Shown here: piece after piece, positions 18,517 to 27,580 of the stretch
Position numbering within the stretch: position 1 is the first letter of the stretch
Layout of the letters: each line of letters opens with the position of its first letter
Source of the DNA: an uncultured Comamonadaceae bacterium
GTDB taxonomy: Bacteria > Pseudomonadota > Gammaproteobacteria > Burkholderiales > Burkholderiaceae_C
NCBI GenBank assembly: GCA_966111775.1
Contig: CBHWBD010000003.1
Location: 2,300-66,299 of the forward strand
Length of the DNA stretch: 64,000 nucleotides
Direction: 5' to 3'
The notes under the pieces: model-generated
The model's input: only the letters and a program-made list of their open reading frames with translations
Told to the model about the DNA's origin: nothing
Database searches by the model: none
Made by a program: the position numbers and the translations under genes

Positions 18517-21216
18517 ATGGACAACCATTTCCTGACCCCGCTCTTCATGCCCCGTTCGGTGGTCGTTTTTGCCGGCCCGCCGGACGAGCCCGAGCGCCAG
18601 ACCCGCCAGGCTCGCGTGCTGCGTGCCGCGCTGGCAGCCGCCCCCGGCGCCAGCCCACCGCAGTTCCTGCACGGCGAGACGACCGGCACGCTGGGCGAAC
18701 TGGCCCGCTCGCGCGCGGACCTGGCCGTCATCGCCCTGCCCGCCGAAGAAATCGCCGCCGCCCTGGAGGTGGCCGGCCGCATCGCCTGCCGCTCGGCGCT
18801 GATCGTCAGCGACGGCATCGAGCCCGAGCAGGCCGCCCAGCTCAAGCGCATCGCGCGCCGCGAGGGTGTCCACCTGCTGGGCCCCAATTGCCTGGGCTTC
18901 CAGCGCCCGCATCTGAACCTGAATGCCAGCGCCGCGGGCCCGCTGGCCGCCGAGGGCTCGCTGGCCCTGGTGTCGCAGTCCGGCGCGCTGACCTCGGCCA
19001 TGCTGGATTGGGCGCTGCAGAACCAGGTCGGCTTCAGCCAGGTCGTCTCGCTGGGACCCAACGCGGCGGTGGACCTGGCCCAGGTGCTGGACTTCCTGGC
19101 CGCCGACAACCGCACGCAGAGCATCGTCGTCTACCTGGAAGGCATTTCCAGCTCGCGGCGTTTCATGAGCGCGCTGCGTTCGGCGGCCCACGCCAAGCCG
19201 GTCGTCGTGCTGAAGGCCGGCCGGCGCCGTGCCGGCAACGAGGCGGCGCAGACGCACAGCCGCGCCATCGTCGGCAGCGACGATGTCTTCGATGCCGCGC
19301 TGCGCCGCGCCGGCGCGGTGCGCGTGCGCAGCTTCGTCGAGCTGTTCTCGGCCGCCAAATGCCTGGCCGCGCGCTACCGCCCGGTGGGCAAGCGCCTGGC
19401 CATCGTCACCAACGGCGGCGGCCCGGGTGTGCTGGCAGCCGACTGGGTCAGCGAGATCGGCCTGATGCTGGCCAAGCTGTCCCCGGACACCGCACGGGCG
19501 CTGGCCCCGCAGCTGGCGCCCCTGGCATCGCTGACCGACCTGATCGACCTGTCCGCCGCCGCCACGCCTGAGCATTTCCGCGCCGCCATCGAGGCCGCGG
19601 CGCAAGACCCCGCCGTGGACGGGCTGCTGGCCGTCTATGCGCCGCAGATCGGCTCCGACGCGACCGAGACCGCCCGCGCCGTCGTCGCCGCCAAGGGCAC
19701 GACGGGCAAGCCGCTGCTGGGCTGCTGGATGGGCGATGCCTCGGTGCTGGAGGCCCGCCGCGTGCTGAACGAGGCGGCCATCGCCAACTTCCGCACCCCG
19801 GAGGCGGCCGTCGGCGCCTTCGGCAACATCGCCTCTTTTTATGCCAACCAGCAGTTGCTGCTGCAGACGCCGCCGCCGATGTCCAACCTGGCCCAGCCCG
19901 ACGTCGAGGCGGCGCGCCTGCTCATCGAGAGCGTGCTGGCCGAGCGCCGCCGCACGCTGACCGAGATGGAAAGCAAGGCCCTGCTCGCGGCTTTCCACAT
20001 TCCCGTCACGCAGACGGTGCTGGCACGCAGTGCCAACGAGGCCATGATGCTGGCCACCCAGCTCGGCTTCCCGGTGGCGCTGAAGATCGACTCGCCCGAC
20101 ATCGCCCACAAGAGCGACGTGCAGGGCGTGGCCCTCAACATCCAGAGCGGCGCCGCCGCCCGCGATACCTACAACGAGATGGTGGCGCGGGTCGGGCGGC
20201 TGCAGCCGCAGGCGCGCATCAACGGCGTGACGGTTCAGCAGATGGCCCGCGCGCGGCGCGGCCATGAGGTCTGCGTCGGCCTGGTGACGGACGAGGCCTT
20301 CGGCCCCACCATCGTCTTCGGCGCCGGCGGCACGATGATCGAGCTGATCGCCGACCGCGCCATGGAGCTGCCGCCTCTTAACCAGTTCCTGGCGCGCCGC
20401 CTGATCGAGCGTGCCCGCGTGTCGGAAGCGCTGGCCGAGGGCCGCGGCGGCGCGGCGCCGGCCGACCTGGAGGCGCTGGAGCGCGTGCTGCTGCGGGTCA
20501 GCGAAATGGTCTGCGAGTTCCCGCAGCTGCGCGAGATGGACATCAATCCCCTCATCGTCGACGAGAGCGGCGCCATCGCCGTGGACGCGCGCGTCGTGCT
20601 GCAGCCGGGCCAGCAGTCCGGCTGCCCGCGCGCCTTCGACTACCCCCACCTGGCCATCCTGCCCTACCCGGCGCGCTTCGAGCAGGTCTGGCCACTGGCC
20701 GGCGGCGGCGAAGTCACGGTGCGACCGGTGCGGCCCGACGATGCACAGATGCTGCAGGAGCTGGTGCGCGGGCTCAAGCCCGAGAGCCGCTACTTCCGTT
20801 TCGCCAGCGCGATCAAGGAGCTGCCGCCGGGGCTGCTGGCCCGCCTGACGCTGATCGACTACGACCGCGAAATGGCGCTGGTGGCCGTCTACACGGAACG
20901 CACGGCGCGCGACGATGGCGGCTTCGACGAGGCCGAACGCATCGTCGGCGTGTCGCGGATGATCACCAACCCCGACCAGACCAGCTGCGAATTCAGCCTG
21001 CTGGTGGCGGACGACTTCGGCGGCAAGGGCCTGGGCTCGCGGCTGATGGAGGGCATCACCGACGCGGCGCGCGAGAAAGGGCTGGCCGACATCGAAGGCC
21101 TGGTGCTGACCAACAACGCCGACATGCTGAAGCTGATGCGCGGCCTGGGCTTCACGGTCAAGCCCTTCCCGGAAGACCCGGACTTCAAGCTCGTGACGCG
21201 CTCACTGCAAGGCTGA
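18517..21216 (+). CDS. Pat/YfiQ-type protein lysine acetyltransferase (NDP-forming acyl-CoA ligase domains + GNAT)
   Basis: LGPNCLG, SQSGA, TNGGGPG, HKSDV, DINPL, C-terminal GNAT (GKGLGSRLM). Confidence 0.9.
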   Translation: MDNHFLTPLFMPRSVVVFAGPPDEPERQTRQARVLRAALAAAPGASPPQFLHGETTGTLGELARSRADLAVIALPAEEIAAALEVAGRIACRSALIVSDGIEPEQAAQLKRIARREGVHLLGPNCLGFQRPHLNLNASAAGPLAAEGSLALVSQSGALTSAMLDWALQNQVGFSQVVSLGPNAAVDLAQVLDFLAADNRTQSIVVYLEGISSSRRFMSALRSAAHAKPVVVLKAGRRRAGNEAAQTHSRAIVGSDDVFDAALRRAGAVRVRSFVELFSAAKCLAARYRPVGKRLAIVTNGGGPGVLAADWVSEIGLMLAKLSPDTARALAPQLAPLASLTDLIDLSAAATPEHFRAAIEAAAQDPAVDGLLAVYAPQIGSDATETARAVVAAKGTTGKPLLGCWMGDASVLEARRVLNEAAIANFRTPEAAVGAFGNIASFYANQQLLLQTPPPMSNLAQPDVEAARLLIESVLAERRRTLTEMESKALLAAFHIPVTQTVLARSANEAMMLATQLGFPVALKIDSPDIAHKSDVQGVALNIQSGAAARDTYNEMVARVGRLQPQARINGVTVQQMARARRGHEVCVGLVTDEAFGPTIVFGAGGTMIELIADRAMELPPLNQFLARRLIERARVSEALAEGRGGAAPADLEALERVLLRVSEMVCEFPQLREMDINPLIVDESGAIAVDARVVLQPGQQSGCPRAFDYPHLAILPYPARFEQVWPLAGGGEVTVRPVRPDDAQMLQELVRGLKPESRYFRFASAIKELPPGLLARLTLIDYDREMALVAVYTERTARDDGGFDEAERIVGVSRMITNPDQTSCEFSLLVADDFGGKGLGSRLMEGITDAAREKGLADIEGLVLTNNADMLKLMRGLGFTVKPFPEDPDFKLVTRSLQG

Positions 21217-22245
21217 CAGCCTCTCCGTCAGCAGCGCGAAGAAGCCGTCGGCGTCAACGTGGCGCAGCACCTGGGCATTGGCCGGCAGGCCGGTGACGGC
21301 CCACCAGTCGATGACGGTCATGCCGCGCGTCAGCTCGCTGCGGGTCTCGATGCGCACACTGCAGTCCCGGCCGGTGAAGAGCTCTGGTGCCAGCAGCCAG
21401 GCGATGACGCAGGGATCGTGCAGCGGGCCGCCGTCCTGGCCGTATTTCTCCTCGTCGAAGCGCTCGAAGAACTCCATCCAGGCGGCGACGACGGGGCCGA
21501 CGCGGTTGCTCAAGCGCCGGATGGCCTCGATGCGGGCGGCTGTCGTCAGCGCCTCGTGGGTGACGTCCAGCGGCGCCATCGTGATGGGCACGCCGCTGGT
21601 GAAGACCTCATGGGCTGCCTGCGGGTCGACGTAGATGTTGAACTCGGCCGCCGGCGTGACGTTGCCGCCCTCGAAGAAGCCGCCGCCCATCAGCACGATG
21701 CGGCGGATGCGCGCTGCAATGTCGGGTGCCTTGCGCAGGGCCAGGGCGATATTGGTCAGCGGACCCAGCGGGCACAGGGTCACCGTGCCGGCCTCGCGTT
21801 CACGCAGGGTCTGGATGACGAAGTCCACCGCGTGGCGCGGGTCCACCGGCAGCGTGGGCTCGGGCAGGTCGACACCGTTCAGGCCGGTGTCGCCGTGCAC
21901 ATGCTCGGCGGTCACCAGGGGGACGTCCAGCGGGCGGTCGGCACCGGCGCAGATGGGCACGTCGCGGCGGCCGGCCAGCTCCATGACCTTGCGGGCGTTC
22001 AGCGTGGTCAGCGACAGCGGCACATTGCCGGCCACCGTCGTCACGCCGAGCAGCTCCAGTTCGGGGCTGGCGGCCGCCAGCAGCAGGGCGATGGCGTCGT
22101 CCTGGCCCGGGTCGGTGTCGATGATGATGGGGTGGCGTCCTGGTGCCCCTCGTCCGGCGGGTACACCGGCCGATCCCCCGAGGGGATGCGGGCCCGCTAG
22201 GGAGCGGCCCGGCGCTGGGCCCGCTGCTTGGTTGGGTGACGTCAT
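21202..22245 (-). CDS. Nucleoside hydrolase (IUNH family) with a repeat-derived N-terminal insertion
   Basis: DTDPGQDD, HVHG, GPLTN, AEFN, LHDP; ATGA overlap with the upstream gene. Confidence 0.92.
   Translation of the reverse strand: MTSPNQAAGPAPGRSLAGPHPLGGSAGVPAGRGAPGRHPIIIDTDPGQDDAIALLLAAASPELELLGVTTVAGNVPLSLTTLNARKVMELAGRRDVPICAGADRPLDVPLVTAEHVHGDTGLNGVDLPEPTLPVDPRHAVDFVIQTLREREAGTVTLCPLGPLTNIALALRKAPDIAARIRRIVLMGGGFFEGGNVTPAAEFNIYVDPQAAHEVFTSGVPITMAPLDVTHEALTTAARIEAIRRLSNRVGPVVAAWMEFFERFDEEKYGQDGGPLHDPCVIAWLLAPELFTGRDCSVRIETRSELTRGMTVIDWWAVTGLPANAQVLRHVDADGFFALLTERLSALQ
22145..22223. repeat. Structured dispersed repeat, copy A (short form, inside a CDS)
   Basis: GCCCCTCG...CCCCCGAGGGGA...GCGGGCCCGCTAGGGAGCGGCCCGGCGC core shared with copies at 30542 and 60157. 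Confidence 0.8.
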
Positions 22246-23012
22246 GGTTGGGGAGCGAGTTCGATGTCGATGGCGCCGAACAGGCTGGCGCCCTCGGCGG
22301 ACTTGAGGTCCAGATGCAGGCTGTCGCCGGGCGCCAGCGGCAGCTCCAGGCTGCCCAGGGCCGCGCCGGCGAGCTGGCCGGCCCGCAGCGCACGCAGCCG
22401 GGCCAGGCGGGCCAGCACGTCGCCGGGCGCCGCGGCCACATCACGCGGGTCGATCTTGGCGCCGTTGTGCAGCGCGTTCAGCCGGGCCTGCAGGCGGCCG
22501 GCGCTCCAGGCGTCGCCCAGCTCATCCGGCGTGACGGCCAGCGGCGCGCAATGCGTGGCGATCAATTCGCCGTCCAGGCGCCAGTCGACGGCAAAAGTCA
22601 GCAGGCGCAGCGCGTCCAGCGCCGCGGCGGTATCGCTGGCGGCGGCCAGGTCGCCGCAGACGAGGGCCAGGGCCGGCTCGCAGGCGGCGGGCGCCCTCAG
22701 CGGCTGGTGGCAGGCCTGGAACTGGCCGGCCTCGCGGCGCACGCCGCCGTCGGCATCGACAACGGCCCAGCCATAGGCGCGCGGCAAGGGCGCCACGCAT
22801 TTTCCGGGATCGAAGGGGAAGGCATGGCGCAGCTTGCCGTGGTTGAGCTGCACGGCGAGGTCTTCGAGCTGGGGGGCGAGAAAGCCCCAGTCGTCGAGGA
22901 CCTGCTGCAGCCGCGTGGCGATGCCAGTGGCGTAGTGGGCCTGGGTCAGGTCGCGCGACACGACGACGAGGTGGCCGTCGCGCGAGCCGTCGGCGTAGCT
23001 GGCGAGTTTCAT
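22242..23012 (-). CDS. Degenerate fumarylacetoacetate-hydrolase-family protein
   Basis: MKLASYADGSRDGHLVVVSRDL N-terminus, APLPRAY, AVTPDELG; metal-binding core altered. Confidence 0.75.
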   Translation of the reverse strand: MKLASYADGSRDGHLVVVSRDLTQAHYATGIATRLQQVLDDWGFLAPQLEDLAVQLNHGKLRHAFPFDPGKCVAPLPRAYGWAVVDADGGVRREAGQFQACHQPLRAPAACEPALALVCGDLAAASDTAAALDALRLLTFAVDWRLDGELIATHCAPLAVTPDELGDAWSAGRLQARLNALHNGAKIDPRDVAAAPGDVLARLARLRALRAGQLAGAALGSLELPLAPGDSLHLDLKSAEGASLFGAIDIELAPQP

Positions 23013-23046
23013 GGGGAAAGGTCCGGGGTGATGGCAGCATTGTGCG

Positions 23047-23952
23047 ATGCGCGTCGGCCTGCCTCGTCTTCCCCGCGCCGCCGCGCTGGCGCTGGTGGCG
23101 AGCGTGATCGCGCACGCGGCACTGCTCAGCGGCGAGCGGGAGCGCGAGGACGGACGGCCACAAAAGGCACGCGCCGTCAGCGTCGCCCTGTTGCCACCGC
23201 CGGCCGTGCCCGTTGCCCTGCCCGAGCCGGCGCCGCCCACCTTGCCGACGGCCCGGTCGCGCGCCGGACGCTCCAGCACCCAGCCGCCCGCGCCGGCCAT
23301 GGAAGCCCCCACGGCGGCACCCGACGCCCCGCTGCTGCGCCTGGCCGGGCCGGCCTCCTGGCGCTACCGCCTGCGCCAGGGCGGCCAGGATGGCGAGGCC
23401 CAGCTGGACTGGCAGCCTCAGGACGACGGCCGCTACAGCCTGCGCCTGACGCGCCGCGTTGGCGAGCGCACGCTGCCGGCCTGGGAGAGCCTGGGCCACG
23501 CGGGCGGCACCGGCCTGGCGCCCGAGCGCTTTGCCCTGCAACGCGGCGGCCAGGACCGCCAGGCCATCAATTTCGATGCCGAGGGGCGACGCGTCCGCTT
23601 TTCGGCCAGCCCGGCCCTGCTCGATCTGCCCGACGGGGTCCAGGACCGGCTGTCCTGGTGGCTGCAGCTCGCCGCCCTGGTGCAGGCAACGCCGGCTCCG
23701 GCGCCGGACGGGCGCTGGCGCCTCTGGGTGGCCGGGCTGCGCGGCGAACTGCGCGAATGGACCTTCGAGGTCGTGGCCGCGGCACCCGAGGACGCCGAAC
23801 TGCTGCATCTGCGCCGCCGGCCGCTGGGAGAACGGGACCCGGGCGTCGAGCTGTGGCTGGACCCCAAGCGGGGCTACTGGCCGGTGCGGCTGCGCCAGGG
23901 CGACCCGGAAACGCGTGGTTTCGAAATCCGTCTGTCCGACGTGAACTCCTGA
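23047..23952 (+). CDS. DUF3108-like protein
   Basis: N-terminal TM, Pro-rich linker, GLAPERF, GVQDRLS, ELWLDP..GYWPVR. Confidence 0.7.
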   Translation: MRVGLPRLPRAAALALVASVIAHAALLSGEREREDGRPQKARAVSVALLPPPAVPVALPEPAPPTLPTARSRAGRSSTQPPAPAMEAPTAAPDAPLLRLAGPASWRYRLRQGGQDGEAQLDWQPQDDGRYSLRLTRRVGERTLPAWESLGHAGGTGLAPERFALQRGGQDRQAINFDAEGRRVRFSASPALLDLPDGVQDRLSWWLQLAALVQATPAPAPDGRWRLWVAGLRGELREWTFEVVAAAPEDAELLHLRRRPLGERDPGVELWLDPKRGYWPVRLRQGDPETRGFEIRLSDVNS

Positions 23953-24075
23953 CGCTTCCTACACGTTGGCAGCGCGTGGGATGACCCGAACAGCGGGACG
24001 TTCTGCCAGTATCTAAGCCAAGCGGGGCTTGAAACACCCGGCCCCACCCGCAGTTGAAGCCCTGAGGAGAACTCC

Positions 24076-24357
24076 ATGCACATGCTCTACAACTCCGACA
24101 GCTTCATCGTCGTCCAGTTCGACGTGCCGACCGCCGTGCCTCAGGAGGTGGAGGAAGGTCCGTCACTGAACCGCGGCGGTTTCGAGATCGTCGACAAGTT
24201 CGCCCGCAAGGAGATCTTCATCGAGGGCGCCCTGGCCGAATCCTTCTCGCAGGGCGTGCAGGCCCTCATCGAGGACGGCGAGCCGTCCGAGGACGAACTC
24301 GACGCCTTCATCGAGCGTTATGCCGTCATGGGCCAGCAGCCGGTCGTGATGCACTGA
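24076..24357 (+). CDS. BTH_I0359/DUF3567 family protein
   Basis: MHMLYNSDSF.VV.F, GGFEIVDKFARKEIFIEG, QQPVVMH; GAGGAG RBS. Confidence 0.85.
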   Translation: MHMLYNSDSFIVVQFDVPTAVPQEVEEGPSLNRGGFEIVDKFARKEIFIEGALAESFSQGVQALIEDGEPSEDELDAFIERYAVMGQQPVVMH

Positions 24358-24451
24358 ACATTTGGGGGGCCGATCTGACGTTGATCTGCGCCCAAGCCTG
24401 ATACAAGATGGGACCGCGCCGCCGCTGCAGGCAGCGCAAGGAGCCCATCGA

Positions 24452-26767
24452 ATGGTGAAGCGAGCCGTCGCCGCAGAGACAGCCTCCCGGACACAGGTCC
24501 GTGTGCTGCCTTCGCCCGGCCTGGACAGCGCTCCGGTGCTGGACCGCATGTGCTCGCAGTTCGTGCTGACGCTGACCGTCAGGCACGCCGGCCGCTTCAA
24601 TCTGCGGCGCGATTTCAACGGCCTGCTGTCCTTCACCGGCCGCCATCTCGTCTGGCCCACCCGCGTGCTGCAGAGGCTGCGTGGCTATCTGGCCCAGCGC
24701 TGCGCCGGCAACGAGTTGTGGCGCGGCCACGAAGCCCTCGGCGACGAAGCCTTCCTGGATCGCTTCGGCCAGTGGAGCGGCCCCTTCAGCGAAGCGACGC
24801 TGTTCTTCTACCTCGACGAATACGTCAAGGACGCGCCCAAGGACATGATGGCCCTGCTGGCCACCACCTGCGAGCACCTGGACCGGCAGCTCAAGCGCGA
24901 GTCGACCTTGGTCGAGAAGAACATCGATTCCCTGGGCCAGTTGCTCCAGCTCAATCCGGCCGAACGCGCCATCCTGCTCTACGGCACCCTGGCCCGCTAC
25001 CAGCGCGAGTTGCGCGGCGCCCTGGTCGAGTTCAAGGTCAACACGGCGCAGGAGGCCTTCGCGGCCATCGCCGCCGTGGCCGGCGTCGACGAGCGCGAGG
25101 TCGCCGAGGCCCTGCGCGCCGGCTCGCGCCTCGAGCGCATCGGCATGGTCGAGAACCTGATCTCCGAACACAACATCACCGATCTGGCCGACCTGATGAA
25201 GGTCAGCGACCAGCTGCCGCCGGTGCTGATGCGCGAATACCAAGGCCCGCATGACCTGATGGCCGTGTTCACGCGGCCGGCCACCCGCAGCGCCCTGGTC
25301 GCCTCCGACTTCCAGTTCGTCGTCGACGACCTTGACCTGCTCAGAGGCATGCTGCGCCAGGCCGTGGCCACGCATGCCACCGGCGTCAATGTGCTGCTCT
25401 ACGGCCCACCGGGCACGGGCAAGACCGAGCTCGCCAAGGTCGCCGCGGCGGCCGCGGGCCTGGACCTGTACGAGGTCGAATACGCCGACCGCGACGGCAA
25501 TTCGCTGTCGGGCCGCGACCGCTACCGCTCGCTGCAGATCAGCCAGGTCTTCCTGAAGGCCAGCGCCAATGTGGCCCTGCTCTTCGACGAGGTCGAGGAC
25601 GTCTTCCCGCCGCTGTCCAGCGACACGGCCTCGCTGCTGAACCGGCTGGACGCCAGCGGCGAAGGCGGCGTCGGCAACTCGGTCAGCGGCAAGGCCTGGG
25701 TCAACCAGATCCTCGAGACCAATCCGGTGCCCGTCATCTGGGTCACCAACCGCATCGAGCAGATCGACCCGGCCTTCCGGCGCCGCTTCCAGTACCACCT
25801 GGAGCTGAAGTCGCCGCCTCCGGGCGCCCGCCGCGGGCTGGTGGCCAAGGCCCTGGGCGAAGTGAGCGTCAGCGAAGGCTTTGTCGCCAAGCTGGCCGAG
25901 CGCCCCGGCCTGACGCCGGCGCAGATCCGCACCGCGGTGCGCTTCGCCCAACTGGCCGGCGGCAAGGACGATGCCGAGAAGCTCATCGAGCGCCAGTTGC
26001 TGAACGCCGACAAGGCCCTGGGCCGTGATGACGGCAGCAGCCTTGCCCGCCCCTGCGTGACCCAGTACGCGCTGGAGCTGCTGAACTGCGAAAGCCGCTT
26101 CGAGATCCCGCGCATCGTCGAGGCCCTGCGCCGCAAGGGCTCGGGCCAGCTCTGCTTCTATGGCCCGCCCGGCAGCGGCAAGACGGCTCTCGCCGAGCAC
26201 ATCGCGCAAGCCCTGGGCCGACCGCTGATGGTCAGGCGCGCCAGCGACATCGCCAGCAAGTTCGTCGGCGAGACCGAGCAGAACATGGCGCGCATGTTCG
26301 AGACGGCGCAGACCGAAGGCGCCGTGCTGCTGCTGGACGAAGCCGACAGTTTCCTGCGCAGCCGCAAGCATGCGGAGCGCAACTACGAGGTGTCGGAGGT
26401 CAACGAGATGCTGGCCGGCATGGAGCGCTTCAACGGCCTCTTCATCTGCACGACCAATCTCTTCGACGATCTCGACGAGGCGGCGCTGCGGCGCTTTGCC
26501 TTCAAGATCCGCTTCAAGGCCTTGAAGCCCGAGCAGCGGCTCAGGATGTTCGAGCGCGAGGCCGGCGCACCGCCGAGCGACGAGCAGCGCTCACGGCTGG
26601 CGGCGCTGGACTGCCTGACGCATGGCGATTTCGCGGCCGTGCGCAATCAGGTCGAGATCCTCGGCGAGGCCTTCACGCCGGATGAGTTCCTGGCCCAGCT
26701 GGAGGCCGAGCATCGGGCCAAGCCGGAAGTGCGTGAGCGGCGCGGCATCGGGTTCAGGTCGAACTAG
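24452..26767 (+). CDS. Double-ring AAA+ ATPase
   Basis: Two Walker A/B sets: GPPGTGKT/LLFDE and GPPGSGKT/LLLDE; RRF arginine fingers; C-terminal IGF. Confidence 0.9.
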   Translation: MVKRAVAAETASRTQVRVLPSPGLDSAPVLDRMCSQFVLTLTVRHAGRFNLRRDFNGLLSFTGRHLVWPTRVLQRLRGYLAQRCAGNELWRGHEALGDEAFLDRFGQWSGPFSEATLFFYLDEYVKDAPKDMMALLATTCEHLDRQLKRESTLVEKNIDSLGQLLQLNPAERAILLYGTLARYQRELRGALVEFKVNTAQEAFAAIAAVAGVDEREVAEALRAGSRLERIGMVENLISEHNITDLADLMKVSDQLPPVLMREYQGPHDLMAVFTRPATRSALVASDFQFVVDDLDLLRGMLRQAVATHATGVNVLLYGPPGTGKTELAKVAAAAAGLDLYEVEYADRDGNSLSGRDRYRSLQISQVFLKASANVALLFDEVEDVFPPLSSDTASLLNRLDASGEGGVGNSVSGKAWVNQILETNPVPVIWVTNRIEQIDPAFRRRFQYHLELKSPPPGARRGLVAKALGEVSVSEGFVAKLAERPGLTPAQIRTAVRFAQLAGGKDDAEKLIERQLLNADKALGRDDGSSLARPCVTQYALELLNCESRFEIPRIVEALRRKGSGQLCFYGPPGSGKTALAEHIAQALGRPLMVRRASDIASKFVGETEQNMARMFETAQTEGAVLLLDEADSFLRSRKHAERNYEVSEVNEMLAGMERFNGLFICTTNLFDDLDEAALRRFAFKIRFKALKPEQRLRMFEREAGAPPSDEQRSRLAALDCLTHGDFAAVRNQVEILGEAFTPDEFLAQLEAEHRAKPEVRERRGIGFRSN

Positions 26768-27062
26768 GCGGGCCGCCCGCGGCGGCGTCGAAGTCATGGT
26801 GTGACTTGATCTCGTCGTAGCAAGCCGCACACACGAGGCTGTGAAGCACAAACGCCCGGAAGCGCGGGGTCTTGTCCTGCTCCTGCAGATAGACCAGTTC
26901 GCAGGCGTAGCACCAGCCCTGGCGATCTCCGGGCGCGTCGCTGTTCTCCACGAAACCCAGGGCTGGTCCACGGTTGTCCGTGAGATGCCCGCACACGCAA
27001 GCGCTGACCGAACGTCCATGACGCTGGCAGTCGATCTCGATGGGATCGGTCATCGGGATCAT
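26754..27062 (-). CDS. Small Cys/His-rich hypothetical protein
   Basis: CxxH, CxH, WCxxC, CxxC; ATGA overlap with the GNAT gene. Confidence 0.7.
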   Translation of the reverse strand: MIPMTDPIEIDCQRHGRSVSACVCGHLTDNRGPALGFVENSDAPGDRQGWCYACELVYLQEQDKTPRFRAFVLHSLVCAACYDEIKSHHDFDAAAGGPPSST

Positions 27063-27580
27063 TGCTGCAGCTGGCGGAAATAGTAGGTCGTCGAGCAGAA
27101 CGGCCCATCCGGCATCAAGGCGTAGTTGGGAATGTCGCCCGCCTTCAGCCAGCCGGTGCGTTCATAAAGCCGCGAAGCATCGCTGCCCGTGACGGTGTCC
27201 AGCACCAGCGTGGTCCTGCCGAGTTCGAGCGCCTTGGCCTCCAGCGTGTTCAACAGCCGCTCGGCGATGCCCTGCCGACGAGCGCGACGATGCACCAGCA
27301 TCTTGCTGACGTCGGCCCGATGCGGCTGGTTGTCGGGCATGTCGATGACCAGGGACAACGTGCCGCAGATGCGGCCGTCACCATCCTCAGCGACGAAGAG
27401 ATGCCGTTCGCCCGCCGCGACTCCCGCGGCAACCTTGCGCCAGAACGTCTCGGGCCGGCCTTGCGCCAGCGGCAGCATGAAGCCCACCGAAGCGCCACCC
27501 TCGACGCAGTCGCGCAGCACCTCGGCCAGCTCGTCCACACGGGCCAGCGCCTCGGCGCCCTCGAGTTCTCGGATGGTCAT
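27059..27580 (-). CDS. GNAT acetyltransferase (tabtoxin-resistance-protein-like)
   Basis: GASVGFM, NQPHRADVSKMLVH, RRQGIA, LVLDT. Confidence 0.88.
   Translation of the reverse strand: MTIRELEGAEALARVDELAEVLRDCVEGGASVGFMLPLAQGRPETFWRKVAAGVAAGERHLFVAEDGDGRICGTLSLVIDMPDNQPHRADVSKMLVHRRARRQGIAERLLNTLEAKALELGRTTLVLDTVTGSDASRLYERTGWLKAGDIPNYALMPDGPFCSTTYYFRQLQQ

Noticed and set aside
24381-24395. FNR-like TTGAT half-site before the AAA ATPase
   Set aside because: The second half-site is a poor match with wrong spacing.
24452-27062. AAA ATPase plus Cys-rich protein as an anti-phage defence pair
   Set aside because: The genes are convergent, the ATPase has host-like codon usage, and no nuclease or protease effector is adjacent.
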